Shown one piece after another: positions 49,171-61,600 of a DNA stretch of 64,000 nucleotides. The notes beneath the pieces are model-generated. The model was not told the DNA's origin, made no database searches, and saw nothing but the letters and a program-made list of their open reading frames with translations. This DNA comes from Veleropilina oligotropha (Eukaryota), in NCBI GenBank assembly GCA_048128005.1, contig JBEUKZ010000008.1, positions 1 through 64,000 on the forward strand, read 5' to 3'. Numbering within the stretch: the stretch's first letter is position 1; the number at the start of each line of letters is the position of its first letter. The position numbers and the translations under genes were made by a program.

Positions 49171-50070
49171 AGAACTCGACGAAACCCTCCGCAAGTACTA
49201 CTACGCAGATGGGGGGTTCCAGGGCGTCTCAGCTCTGCACTCAAGGCTTCCAAAAGGCGCAGCCTCAATAAAAAGAATCAGGGCGTGGATCTCGACACAG
49301 GAGGTTGGTAGGTACATGCAGACGAAACCCCCTAGAGAGGTATTTGCCCGTTTCACAGAGGACAGGCCCGGTGTGCTCCACCAGGCCGATCTCTATCTCC
49401 CACATGACAAGGTTGGCCGTAAAACGTACAAGTATGCGTTGACCTTGGTCGACGGGGCCTCTCGCTACAAGGCTGCCAGACCACTAACATCGAAATCGGC
49501 CAGCGAAGTAGCTAAGGCGTTTGCTGACATCTACAAGACCAGCCCCCACCAATTAACTTGGCCAAAAACGCTAATGGTGGATGACGGGCACGAATTCAAG
49601 GGGGAAGCATCCACTCTTCTAAGGAAACACGATCGCAGGCATTTGTGGAGTCATTCAACCGCCGGCTAGCTGAACGACTCTTCAGGAAGCACGCACACAA
49701 AGAGCTTAGCAGCGGCCGGGACAACCGCCAGTGGGTGTCCGTTCTTCCAGCGGTAGTAGCAGACATGAATGCGACGCCAACGCGACTGACTGGTCTTCCT
49801 CCAGCGAAGGCAGCCAACATGTCGCAGGTTCCGCTAGTGGCGTCCAAACCACCCCCACAGGAAACGCTGTTACCGATTGGCATGATGGTCTACATCACCA
49901 CAAACGAAGAAGACCCGAAAGATACCGGGCGCCGTCTCGCAACGGATCCATGGTGGACACATAAGCCCTACCCGATTCGCCGTCGCGTATCGGAACCCCA
50001 CCAACCCGCGCTCTACTACACGACATTCTCAAAGCATGGGTTCACAAGGTCGCAGCTGAGACCTGCCTAG
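49133..50070 (+). pseudogene. rve-type integrase with an internal deletion/frameshift near 49630
   Basis: HQADL, YKYALTLVDGASRYK and VDDGHEF, then RSQAFVESFNRRL in another frame. Confidence 0.85.
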
Positions 50071-53000
50071 TGCTTGTGTCGACGATTACAGGACAGGCAT
50101 GTCAACCGGACGTTCCACTTGTAGTGACCCTGACTGTCATCCAGGCGGTCGATACTGAACGTCTGCCCGTGGCATTTCGTGTAGCCCTGAAGAAGGAGAG
50201 CACTATGACATACCACGCACCTCGTTTCTGCAGCATCGATCATGTCGAGCACGTGGTTGACGGTGAGTGTGTGGTGTGCTCCCGTGTAGTGGGGCCGTTG
50301 CTTTTGGCGATCCTCAACCACGTAGCGCTTGAGCCTTGCGGCGATGAGCTCTCGCGAAGGTGTGGCCTGCTGATCGGTGGGAGTTATATCACCCGGAGCG
50401 TCGTCAGGCGGCAGAACCCGTACAATCTGATCCATCAACCGGGCCCGGCTCACTGCTGTGTATATGGCGTTGCTCACCCAGCCACTCAGACCGTGGTCGA
50501 CGATGTATAGGCGCCTGGATGGTTGGATGGTCTTCCCTTGCACCCTATGCACCGTCCCCCACCCTGCATATTTCCACTCAAGCGGTAGCCCATTCTCGAC
50601 TGTTTTAAGGGGGACTTTGACGATGGTCCCTCGATAGGCCGGCATGGTTTCTCGACTACCTGGTATCGCTATCGGCCGACCCTGCTTGCCGTACCGGTGC
50701 GAGATGCTATCGTCTGGGTCGAATCGAATATTAGCAGGAAGCCGGGGGTGTGTCCTTCTGTGCTGCCGGAGCAGCTGGGTCTGGACCTGCGCGCCTAGAG
50801 CGTTCGTGGAGCAGATCCAGATGTCGTCGGGTTTGGTGCGATCTACAGCTTCTACGAACGGCGTTGCGGCCAACCGATCTCTGAAGACGTGGAGCTGTTG
50901 CTGGTCATTAGCGCACCACATCCGCGCCTTTACATCGTGCAAAGCCGATGTTGGCCCATGTTGACAGCGACAACAGCTCCACGCCTCGCACAGGCACCTA
51001 TAGTCGGTGTCAAACCACTGCAGGTTCTGGGGGGATGAGGCCCAGTCTGCTAACATGTGGTGAGGGCCTTCTTTATTGCCCCATGGCGGGATCTGCCCCA
51101 GATCCCCGACGCAGATAATTTGACACGTCCTACGGGCGAGATAATCAAGGACGGTCATCAGGGTCTTCGTGGGGACCTTGCAACATTCGTCAATTACGAT
51201 AACTTCGGCTAGGTTGTCGAGTCGATGTCCCAGGGCAGCCGGGTCCCAATCCTCGATCGGCTTGCCGACGGGTAGACATAGGTAGTGGTGGATCGTCTGG
51301 ACCTGTGCATTCTCTAGACCAAGTCTCGGGTTGTTGCGGTGTTCTTGGGCGATGTCGTTCTCAGGGGTGAGCACGACCAGCTTCCGGCCACGAAACGTCT
51401 GAACGGCCCACTCGGTTTTTCCACTGCCGCCTTGACCTGCGAGGTATAACCGTCGCGAGGTGGCCGCGCCGACATCGGAAGGGAAAGGAGGGGGGGCCTT
51501 CCCCGCGGGCAAGTCGAGACGACCAGCATGCTCTATCGTCCAAGCAGCAGCCTCTGGGCGCCACTCGTAACCCTGGGATTTATGTCGCCATTGCCCATAC
51601 CTAGGCTGGTCTGGGACCAGCATATGTTCGACCGATTCGGGCAGGCTCTTGACGTAAATGGCGTCGGTGCAGACACGAAGGACATCCTCGTGTGGGAACC
51701 TTCGTAGCATGCGGCGGAGGGCGATGTTCGTGTATGCGAGTACGAAGGCTCGGATGTGGAACCACTGCGTCTTCTGTCCTTGTACTGAATGAGGTGGACA
51801 TTGCCGGCCTTCTCGAAGTTCAGGAGACGGTCAGTGCCGCCGAGAACATTGGCCAAGTAGGCGGCCTCGTTTGGATCGCGGACGAGGATGCTCGACTCAT
51901 CACCGTGGCGTGCACACTTGCCAACGAAGCGCACGGCCAGGTCCCTAGCGGGGAACTTGATAGCGGCCTTTCTGCCGACGCTGTATACCACCTCGCGCGC
52001 GGTGACATCCACCAGATCACCAGAGTCAATTAAGTCTGCAAGCTCGGGGGTAGTGATCCAGCCCTGCTTCTCCCGTAGGTGCTCGCCTACGCGACCTACG
52101 GTATAGGGGTGCGTCTCTGGGCTGAATTGCCACGCAGCGAGCTGCACCGCTCCTGTCAGGGCGAGGACGTCGCTCATGGGCACACCCTCGACATTCGCTC
52201 GATGCATCATACCCGTCGGGAACCCATACTGGCGCACCAGATCTATGGACTCTCCGACCCCGCCACAGTGGGAGTCTTCGCAGCCAAGGTATGATGCGCG
52301 CATGTCGAGATGATGATGAACACTGGTTCCTGCGGCCTCGTCGTCAGAATTCCAGACCTTGGCCTCAGCCTGAGCCACCCTCCAGGTGTCCCGGTGGTTT
52401 TCTGGCATTGGCTTGATCTCTTCGTGGGCCAACCACTTTTGGAACCGGTAAGACGTGGCGCCACCCATGGAGTGGGAAGCTCGGTGGTATGCCTCTGCAA
52501 GGTTCTCAAGCTCTTCGGGGATCTCGGAAGGATGCCAGTGCGTCTCGTCCTCGAAAGCGCGGTCAATAGCCATACCCTCAGCCCGCGACCTCCACAGGGA
52601 ACCATCGCTACCCACGAGAGCCTGTCCACATACCCAGACCCGGACCGTCGATGGGATGGCCCTGGTGGCAAATGCGATCAGAACCTCTCTGGTAATTTGG
52701 TCCATGGTCTTCTGGGCCGCAGTGGTCTTTGGGCCCGCAATGGTCTTCTGGGCCACAGACGCAAGGGCCTGTTCTGCGATGTCGTCGAGACTGTACACCT
52801 GTAAGATCTTGGGTGGATCGATCGGGATGCTTGCCCATGCGTGGTTGTTATGGCACGGCACCCGAATCTTGGGACGGCTCTTGTGTTTGCCGCTATCCCA
52901 TAGAGTGTTGCCTAACGCGTCGACGGCAACAAGCTTGACTTTGAGAGCCGCTTCAAGGGAGAACATATCCTCACGTGTGCAGCCCCGGTCTGCAAGCTTC

Positions 53001-54075
53001 CGGTCGAACACTTCAAGAACCTGTCTACGGCTCCGGGTTAACCCATCCCCAGCTTTCGTCATTCCGTTCCGGAAGTGGTCCACCACACAGCGAACGAAGC
53101 AGTTCACAAACTCTCCGTCTTCTTGAGGGGCTAGCACTGGCCCCGGTTCTCCTTTTTGCTCCGGAAGCGGACGAAGCTCATACCTAACATAGACGAGATA
53201 TTCTCGCCCCTTCTCCCATGCATGCTGGTCAATGCCGTGAAGAGCCGCGGCGCTGACCTGGTCTCCGCGAACCACCCCTGCCCCTTAATGTGCTGCTCAG
53301 AGACACCCACTTCCTCTGTCACTTGGGCAAGAGGCTCCTTGGCCGATTTACCCACCACCGTGAACAGCTTGTACTGTGTGTCGGGGTCTAGAAGTTCCAA
53401 CACCTGCGAGGCCATGCCCAGCGTCACCCGAAGATCCCTCTTTTCGCACGATACCCAATACACCGCGCCTTCGTCTGTGATGTCTGGCCCCCTCACAACA
53501 GCCTGGAAGTCGAATCTACGACCATCAACAGCCTCGGTAATCTCTTTATGGACGACGTCGGCGCCCGTCTTAATATAAGCCCCATCGGGGAACAGGACTG
53601 TGACACCGTCAACGAGAAGAGAGTAATAGGCATCCGAGGTCAAGTGATCTCTCAGAAGATCCCGGGGCTCCTTCCGAGCAATAGCCCCCGCAAGGGTCTC
53701 TTTCCGAGACCGAGTCAGACCGTGCAGGTGTGGCTTGATGATTCGATCCGTGATGTTACGAAGTGGCTTCTGTCGTATCCCGGGCTTTTTCTCAGCCTGG
53801 GTTTCGTATTTACGGACCTTGATGGCCACCTCGACCTCATCCTTAAGCTGCTGCAATTCGCGAGCACGACGGCCTCTTTTGTGGGGGTTCTCCACATCGT
53901 CACGAATGGAGGGGAATCTTCCCGTCTTCATCGCCCGCTCGAGTCTCCTCCGAAACTCGGCAGCACGGACCCCGGCCAATGCCCTGATGAGGTCGTTTCT
54001 CTTGAGCTTCGACCGATCGGGAAGCCCGTAATCTTTCGCTAGATTGCGTAGTTCGCTGATGGAGACACGTACCAT
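50067..54075 (-). pseudogene. Frameshifted ~1330-aa polyprotein: HeH/Rho-N-like, putative protease, PolB-like, SF1 helicase, HNH-like
   Basis: ELRNLAKDYGL..SKLKRNDLI; NCFVRCV..CHNNHAW; LDMRASY, FVGK, VCTDAIY; GQGGSGKT, IVIDE, GDLGQIPP, TVHRVQG, YTAVSRAR; CVVC..SIDRLDD..GH..NVRLTCLSCN. Confidence 0.8.
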
Positions 54076-54126
54076 TTCTATATATGGCGGGTATACACTG
54101 GGATAGCCAATCCTCTAATAGGAAAT

Positions 54127-54420
54127 TTACGTGTGGTAAATTGCAGCCATGCGGAGAAACTCTCTCTCGAAGGCCATTTTCTTCCGTTTCCAGTCCTTAA
54201 CGTTCTCAATCTTATACCCACAGCCCTTACACAACGTAAACCGGTTGAAGACGCCTTTGCCGCATTTGATGCAGGGCTTTGTGCCCCGGCCATTTCGCCG
54301 TTTCCGAGCCAGATGGACTTTGCAAAACTCTCTCAGACATCTCTTACCGCAAAGCTCCGTGGAGCTGATGGTGAGCCATTGACAGGTGTCCGTGCCCCAC
54401 ATGGTTATAACGGATATCAT
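54127..54420 (-). CDS. Small Cys/His-rich (Zn-finger-like) protein
   Basis: CQW..CGKRC...CKVH..CIKC..CKGC; conserved as 58360-58644. Confidence 0.7.
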   Translation of the reverse strand: MISVITMWGTDTCQWLTISSTELCGKRCLREFCKVHLARKRRNGRGTKPCIKCGKGVFNRFTLCKGCGYKIENVKDWKRKKMAFEREFLRMAAIYHT

Positions 54421-54661
54421 CGCATATACCAGTCTCTAATAGAGATTATGACACTAAGATATCGAGCCCGGTGCACGGCGAGGGTAACGAGCCCCCGGGG
54501 AAGTCCCTACGGGGGGCCGGGGCCCAAAATAGCAGCCCGGCGAAGGCTACAGGACATCGGCCTGGCCGCTATTTCGGTTGGTGACACGCTCCCGCGACCA
54601 CCAACGGATATCACAGAGGGTCCGCCGACAGTCTAGACGCGAAAGTCGTTTTCGACCGCGG

Positions 54662-54904
54662 TCACCTCGGCCGGGGGGGGCGACGGTGATTGTGTAAAAC
54701 TCCCTTGTTACCGTCTTTGGTCTTCTTCTTAAAGACCGCCTGTTCACCGTCGTCGAGTTCGACAATCAAAACATCGTAGCCTGTGTTTAAGAGGTTTCTA
54801 ATGCGCCTGGAGCTCCCTTCGCCGTGCAGCGTAGGAACGTCTTCCTCCGACATGTTGCTTTCAAGTATAACTACATGCCGTCTAACATGCCGGTTATTTC
54901 GCAC
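54662..54904 (-). CDS. Hypothetical protein
   Basis: VVILESNM..GYDVLIVELDDGEQAVFKKKTK is conserved in 58019-58351. Confidence 0.55.
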   Translation of the reverse strand: MRNNRHVRRHVVILESNMSEEDVPTLHGEGSSRRIRNLLNTGYDVLIVELDDGEQAVFKKKTKDGNKGVLHNHRRPPRPR

Positions 54905-55198
54905 CGATTGCCCGGGGGGCCCAAATAGACTATCCTAAGCTACCCTAGTTTCGGACGGCCGACAAAAAACCTCTGCCCTAGCGAAAAAACGACCCCTGCC
55001 CTGAGCAGACGGGGGTGGGAGCCTCCCCCCGGGGACCCGGGCCCCCCACCCCGGATTCTACTAAGCTGCCCTAGGGGTATATATTACGAGCCCCCTCAGT
55101 TCTGAAATAGGGCTGGGAGCCTCCCCGGTCGCCCCGGGCCCCCCCTAACTTAGTCTAAAACCCCCTATATATAGCATGTCCTATTTATAATTTCTGGG

Positions 55199-57707
55199 AA
55201 ATTGCAATAAAATGCTCAACCTCATGAGATGCGTCTCTGGTAACGACTGGGGAGCAGATAGACAAACTTTAACACTTCTATATAAAGCCTTAATTATGTC
55301 GAGAATAGACTACGGCTGTCAGGCATACGGTTCAGCTAAACCACATCTTTTAAAGAAAATAGAGAAAATTCAAAACCAAGCCTTAAGAATAATTACAGGA
55401 GCATTTAAATCAACTCCAATAGCCAGTCTTTAAGTAGAAGCAAATATCAAACCCCTGGAACTACGTAGGAAAGAAATGACGCTTAACTACTGGGCCAAAA
55501 CTAAATCTCAATTAGAAACCAATCCCGCGGCTAAATTAGACACTAACTGCAATGCCTTCCAGAAAATAGAATACAATAAACGGTACGTAGATCGACCACC
55601 GTACGGATTGATAACACGAAGATACAATCAAGAACTAAAACTCGATAAATTAAATATTGCTAAAAACAGACCTGCAGATAAACCGCCTTGGCAACATAAC
55701 CCTGTTAAATCATCAATACAACTTAGTCACATGATAAAGAAGGACGAGCCAGCTCTAAATATAAAAGCCACGACTCAAGCTTTCATAGATGAAAAATGGA
55801 ATGGATATTTAAAAGTTTTTACAGACGGGTCAAAGGACCCAGAAACGTCACAAACATCCGCAGCAGTGGTAATCCCAGAGTTAAAAGTAAATAAATAATT
55901 CAAACTATCAAACAACTTATCTGTGTATAGCACAGAACTGGTAGCTATTGAAAAAGCATTGGAAATAATCCACATAATTGAACCAACAAAAGTTGTAATT
56001 CTGTCAGACTCCCTAAGTGGACTTCAGTCTCTACAATCCTCAAAAAGTTCAACAAGACCTGATCTAATCAATAAAATCAAATCATTAAATGATTCCCTTT
56101 TTGATAAAGGAATAGATATAAATCTTGAATGGATCCCAGCCCACGTAGGCATTTTAGGCAATGAAATGGCAGACACAGCAGCAAAAAATAGACAGCCGCC
56201 CGGCTATCAGGAACCCCAGCCTTATATAGCAATCAGACTGCCATATAAAATCTGTGATCTTGACCTTGCCAGTAGCCCTTGGCTAAACACTGTGCAAACT
56301 GTCCATCATGAAGAAGTTCGGATGAAAAAAGGCCATTACCGGCCCGGACAAAATTTAAGGGTCAAAGGTCATTGCCGCAATGTCAAAGGTCATTCACATG
56401 AAATTTCGCCACCATGGCCTAGCGTATGATAGGGTAGTTAGCATACCATATGAAATCAAGGTAACATGTTTGGTAGCCGAGATATAGACCGGACAACATT
56501 GCAAATTGCGAATATATTTTGACCTCTGTTACCGTGACCTTTGACGAAAGGCCATTTTTCGTATTTGCTATATGATGTACTAACCCTAAAGGAATAGTTT
56601 GGCCCCGAAAAATAAAAAAATTACGAAAAATGTAAAAAATCTAAATATAGAAAATTTGTGAAGGTCACTACGCAGAGGTCAAAGGTCAAATGATCAAAAT
56701 TGTACTTCCATGCACAGGTTTGAAGTATAGGCAACACATATAAGAAACAATGAGAAGGCTAACATGTTTGGTCTCCGAGAACCGGCCCGGACAAAATTTA
56801 AGGGTCAACGGTCATTGTCGCAAGGTCAAAGCTCATTCACGTGAAATTTCGCCACCATGCACTAGCGTATGACAAGGGTAGTTAGCATACGACATGAAAT
56901 CAAGGTAACATGTTTGGTAGCCGAGAAATAGGCCGGACAACATTGAAAATTGTGAGTATATTTTGACCAAAGGCCATTTTTCGTATTTGTTATATGATGT
57001 ACTAACCCTAAAGGAATAGTTTGGCCCCGAAAAATAAAACAATTACGAAAAATAAAAAAAATCTAAATATAGAAAATTTGTGAAGGTCACTACGCAGAGG
57101 TCAAAGGTCAAATGATCAAAATTTTACGGCCATGCACAGGTTTTAAGTATAGGGAACACATCAAAAAAAAATTGGAAGGCTAACATGTTTGGTCTCCGAG
57201 AACCGGCCCGGACAAAATTTAAGGGTCAAAGGTCATTCACGTGAAATTTCGCTGCCATGCACTAGCGTATGATAAGGGTAGTTAGCATACCATATGAAAT
57301 CAAGGTAACATGTTTGGTAGCCGAGATATAGGCCGGACAACATGAGCCGACCGCTCGGGCGATGACAATAACCCCAGCTTTTTTTTAAGCTGGGGTTAAA
57401 AAGGGAATGACAAACCCAGATTACACTCTAAATAATATCCCCTTAGCCGCAACGAAGTCAAAAGCATAGTCAGAACTCACATTAACAATGAGTGGCAAGA
57501 TCGTTGGAATCACCATGATAAAGGCAGACATCTTTTTCAACTTAAAAATAAAATAGGCAAACCAATTAAGATGCAAACTAGTAAACTTGAAAGCAAAACA
57601 ATAACGCGCCTCCGACTCGGGCATTCAGGTCTACTAGCTCATAGATACAGAATTAAATCTTGTGAATCGCCAAAATGTCCCCATTGCGACTTTCCAGAAA
57701 CAGTCGA
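55199..57707 (+). mobile_element. 5'-truncated second copy of the I-group LINE (RT tail plus RNase H), split by a HINE and cut off by element copy 2
   Basis: Nearly identical to ~13813-15071 (MLNLMRCVSGNDWGADR...CPHCDFPETV); contains stop codons. Confidence 0.9.
56187..57399 (-). mobile_element. HINE-like element with internal tandem repeats, inserted in the LINE RNase H region
   Basis: Hairpin AACCCCAGCTT..AAGCTGGGGTT; removing it restores GCAGCAAAAAAGGGAATGAC; a similar end occurs at ~44670-44770. Confidence 0.75.
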
Positions 57708-58018
57708 AGCAGCAGCAGGGGGGGTCAGTAGACTTTTTAGAATGGAAAAATAAGGCTCCCAGCACTATTTCAGTCCGAGGTAGTGTAGTACGAGCCCCCA
57801 GGGGAGTTTAGACTAGGCGGCCGTGGAGGCTCCCAGCCCTATTTCGGGACTGAGGGTAGGGCTTGTATTACAAAAAGTCACCACCGTGTGTTCAGAGCAG
57901 GGGGGGGGTGAATGCACTTTTTAGAATGGGAAAATAAGTCTCCTAGCACCTGTTCAGAATATGGGGGGACTAGGGGGTTTAGACTAGGGGCCCACGGCCG
58001 CCGGGAAGGCTCCCGGCC

Positions 58019-58351
58019 CTATTTCGGAACTTGATTGTGTAAAACTCCCTTACCGCCTTTGGTCTTCTTCTTAAAGACCGCCTGTTCACCATCGTCGAGG
58101 TCAACAATCAAAACGTCGTAGCCCGATTTCAAGAGGGTCCTGATGCGTCTGGAACTTTTCGCGCCGCGCAACCTGGGAACGTCTTTCTGCGGCATGTTGC
58201 TTTCAAGTATAACTACACAGCGTCTAACACGACCAGCTATTTCGCGCCGATATAGTAGCATGTAGTAAGAGCCCTTAGGGACGGCCCACAACCCTCGCCG
58301 GCCCGGGCTCTCTTTTAGACATACCCATATCACAGGATATACCCACTGCAA
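58019..58351 (-). CDS. Hypothetical protein (homolog of 54662-54904; true start uncertain)
   Basis: Shared core VVILESNM...GVLHN. Confidence 0.5.
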   Translation of the reverse strand: MQWVYPVIWVCLKESPGRRGLWAVPKGSYYMLLYRREIAGRVRRCVVILESNMPQKDVPRLRGAKSSRRIRTLLKSGYDVLIVDLDDGEQAVFKKKTKGGKGVLHNQVPK

Positions 58352-58359
58352 AGGATACG

Positions 58360-58644
58360 ATGAAGGGCTATGACACCTGTCAATGGCTCACCATCAGCTC
58401 CACGGAGCTATGCGGTAAGAGCTGTCTGAGCAAGTATTGCAAAGTCCATCTGGCTCGGCTCCGACAGGGCCGGGGCACAAAGCCCTGCAGTAAATGCGGA
58501 CAAGGCGTCAGAAACCGGCTTACGCTGTGTCAGGGCTGTGGGTATAAGCTTGAGAACGATAGGGACTGGCAACGAAAGAAAAGGACCTTCCAGAGAGAGT
58601 TTCTGCGAGAGTTTCTCCGCATGGCTGCAATTTACCACGCGTAA
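58360..58644 (+). CDS. Small Cys/His-rich (Zn-finger-like) protein
   Basis: DTCQWLTISSTELCGK..CKVHLAR..CSKC..CQGC; homolog of 54127-54420. Confidence 0.7.
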   Translation: MKGYDTCQWLTISSTELCGKSCLSKYCKVHLARLRQGRGTKPCSKCGQGVRNRLTLCQGCGYKLENDRDWQRKKRTFQREFLREFLRMAAIYHA

Positions 58645-58692
58645 ATTTCATATTAGAGAAGTGATCGGCATGACATATACCCACCCAGCAAC

Positions 58693-61600
58693 ATGGATGA
58701 ACTGCGTGGTTTAGCGAAAGATTATGGGATTCCCGCTCGGTCGAAGCTCAAGAAGCACGACCTCATCTGGGCAATAGCCAGGGTCCGTGCTGCCGAGTTT
58801 CGGAGGAGACTCGAGCGGGCGATGAAAACGGGAAGGTTCCCCTCCATACGTGGGGATGTGGAGAACCCCCACAAAAGAGGCCGTCGTGCTCGTGAATTGC
58901 AGCAGATTAAGGACGAGGTCGAGGTCGCCCTCAAGGTCCGTAAATATACCTCGAGGGCTGAGAAAAAGCCCGGGATACGACAGACGCCGCTTCGCGCCAT
59001 CACGGATCGAATCGTCAAGCCACACCTGCACGGTCTGACTAGGTCTCGGAAAGAGACCCTTGCGGGGGCTATTGCTCAGAAGGGGCCCGATATTCTGAGA
59101 GATCACTTAGCCTCGGATGAATACTATTCCCTCTCCAAAACGCCCCGGACAGCCCAGGACTACCAGAAGGATCTTCTAGGGACGTTTACCACAACAGAGG
59201 GGCAACAGTTCATCGACCTGGATAACCAGGCCCCTCCCCCAGTAAGGCTCCCAGCAAAAGAGCCATGGGTGGAACTCTTGAACAATGCCAAAGACGAGTT
59301 TGAGGTTGATGGCGCCGCGGCGGCCTTCTCCACATGGAGGGTAGAACTGGACATTAAGATCGAACACGGCATCGAAGCGCTGGATGCCCGTATGACAGAC
59401 GCGAGGGCGGCACAGCCCTTCCAAAAGGCGAGTATGTCCTTAGAATCAAGTTCTTGCGTGAGTGGGGTGAAGGTGACTGGATGGTCGAAGACAAGTTTGA
59501 CCCGGTGAAAGCTGCGAGGAAGAAGGGCCAGGGTGTCTTTGAGATATCCCATGACACTAAGCCGGGTGCTATCACTGGGGTCGACAAAGTCTACTACGAG
59601 AACGCCTACCCGGTCACTGCAGTCGTCTACGGCCTCTACCCTCTCAGAGAACCAAACCCCGCCAACCTGGTCCCAATGAAGAATGGCGACCTCAACTGCG
59701 TTGCCCAAAGAGTGGTTGAGCACTTCGAAGGTGCCCTGAGAGGAAACGGACTCACCCCGACAAGGCGGCAGAAAATACAGGAGTGGGAAGAGCGAGTCCA
59801 TGTAACAGGCGCCACTGTGGATGATATATCCATCCTCGAGAAGATACTGAAGCAGGCGATTATCTTGAGAGACATTGCCGGCGAGGACATCTACAACAGT
59901 GGGAAATACCGCGGTCAAGGAAACCATACATTCAGAAACGTAGAACTCATCTGCCACAACGGCCACGCATGGTCCAAAGAGCTGCACTTTCCGCAGTCTC
60001 GCGAGGTCCACCTGTATGAGGGCGATGTCTGGGAAGCTATCCGACAAGCCACACAGAATGAGCCATTAGCTGTCTGGCTCCTTGGCGGTACAGACCGACA
60101 GCTCAACGTGAACCAGTTCGTGCTGCAAGACGGCCGCACATACAGGACAAAAGATGATCATGAGAGACTCCAAGAAGCCTGTAAGGCTCTGGGGGGGGGA
60201 CGAGTCTCTTGCCGCTCGGGCCTTTGGCGTGAACCATGCAGCTAGCATTATGGCCAAAGAGAATAACGGCTGGAAACCCACCCCAGTGGGCCTACTCGAT
60301 GACATCCAGAAGGCCTGCGTAGAGCATGGTCACGGTGGCCTTTGGAATTCCATGGGCTATGACACGAGAGATGTCTGCTGCATCGATATGAAAGCCTGCT
60401 ACCCTGCCAGCTTTCAGGGGAAGGGCGAGGCTAAGCCGTATTTCGAAAGATTCGGACACCCAACCCACTGCATGACCCGGGTCGCAATTAACGGTCCTCT
60501 TCCCCAAGAAATCGGCACCGGGTTTGCTGAGGTCGTGGGGTGGGAGTTCGCTCCCGGGGTCCACCCAGTCATTCCCGCCTGGTTCGGAAAGCACTTTGCA
60601 GAGAATGGCTGGGCCCCGACGCCTCTGCTCACCTACCTCATAGAGTCCGGCCTCGTGAAGACCCTCGAGGTGTGCGAGGCCATCATCGCATTCAAAAAGC
60701 AGATCGATGTCTGGCTTCCTCCGGATCGTGACCAGGGCTGCAGCATCATCGGCAAATTCACCCAAGTCGCCAAGGCAGACGGAAAAAGATTGACCCGACG
60801 GCTTGTGACCGACCAGGGTGAGCTGGACTTCCTCGTAAGAGACACCCGCCACAGCGGTACCCTGGTCGGCGCACCGCAAAGATGCCCCCTCGGTCACATC
60901 CTCACATACTATGATGGCTCCCAGCCTCAGTACGCCCACCTGAGGGCCAGCATGTTGGCCTATGCCCACATAAATCTCTTGAGCATGCTTCAGCGTTTCA
61001 CCCCTGAGGAAGCTGTCCGAGTGGCCACTGACAGCATCTACCTCAAGAAGGCCTCGTTGGAGAAGCTCGACGATGTCAAGGCGTATATTGCCCCCCAACT
61101 CTGCGACTGTGGTGAGAAATCTTGCATCTCCTGTCTGCTCGGGGAGACGTACCTTCCGCCAGTAGCACCGGCCCAGTGGCGTGACAAGGGCGAACAGCTG
61201 TACCTGCCACAGGAACATGCCGCATACCTGCCCAAGCCAGAGTATTGTTGTGCCGCCAATTCCAGCCAGCCAAGCACCGCGCCATGCTACAACGACACGC
61301 TGACCCACCATCGCCTGAGTTACCTCAACGGTGGAGGGGGCTGTGGTAAGACCACGAGAGCGATCGAACTATTTCGGGCAAGGAATCCCATCGTGTTCAC
61401 GCCAACCCACCGCCTCGCTAAAGAGATGCGGACCAGGGGTGTCAAAGCCCAGACCTACCACAGTTTCTTCCGATGGAGCGGCCAGACTGACTGGACGCCC
61501 GATCGCATGGGTCAGAAGTTCATCCCCCGCGTCATTATCTGGGACGAGGTCTGTACTGTTCACCGGCCTATCCTCGAGATGTTCTTGGACTGGCTGGGCC

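Larger units (their letters stand above)
48120..55198. mobile_element. Unclassified Polinton-related element, copy 1 (integrase plus PolB-helicase polyprotein); true termini not seen
   Basis: Abrupt GC-rich, gene-dense block whose gene order mirrors copy 2. The right side abuts a 5'-truncated LINE; the left boundary is approximate. Confidence 0.75.

Noticed and set aside
48120..55198. Bacterial or phage contamination explaining the GC shift
   Set aside because: The block is directly joined to, and interleaved with, host LINE and HINE sequence, and it has an rve integrase of eukaryotic Maverick type. A chimeric assembly cannot be fully excluded without reads.
59160..61311. Long antisense ORFs (59160-60047 and 60292-61311) and similar ones at 50070-54042
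   Set aside because: Shadow ORFs opposite GC-rich coding sequence; the conserved motifs are on the other strand.
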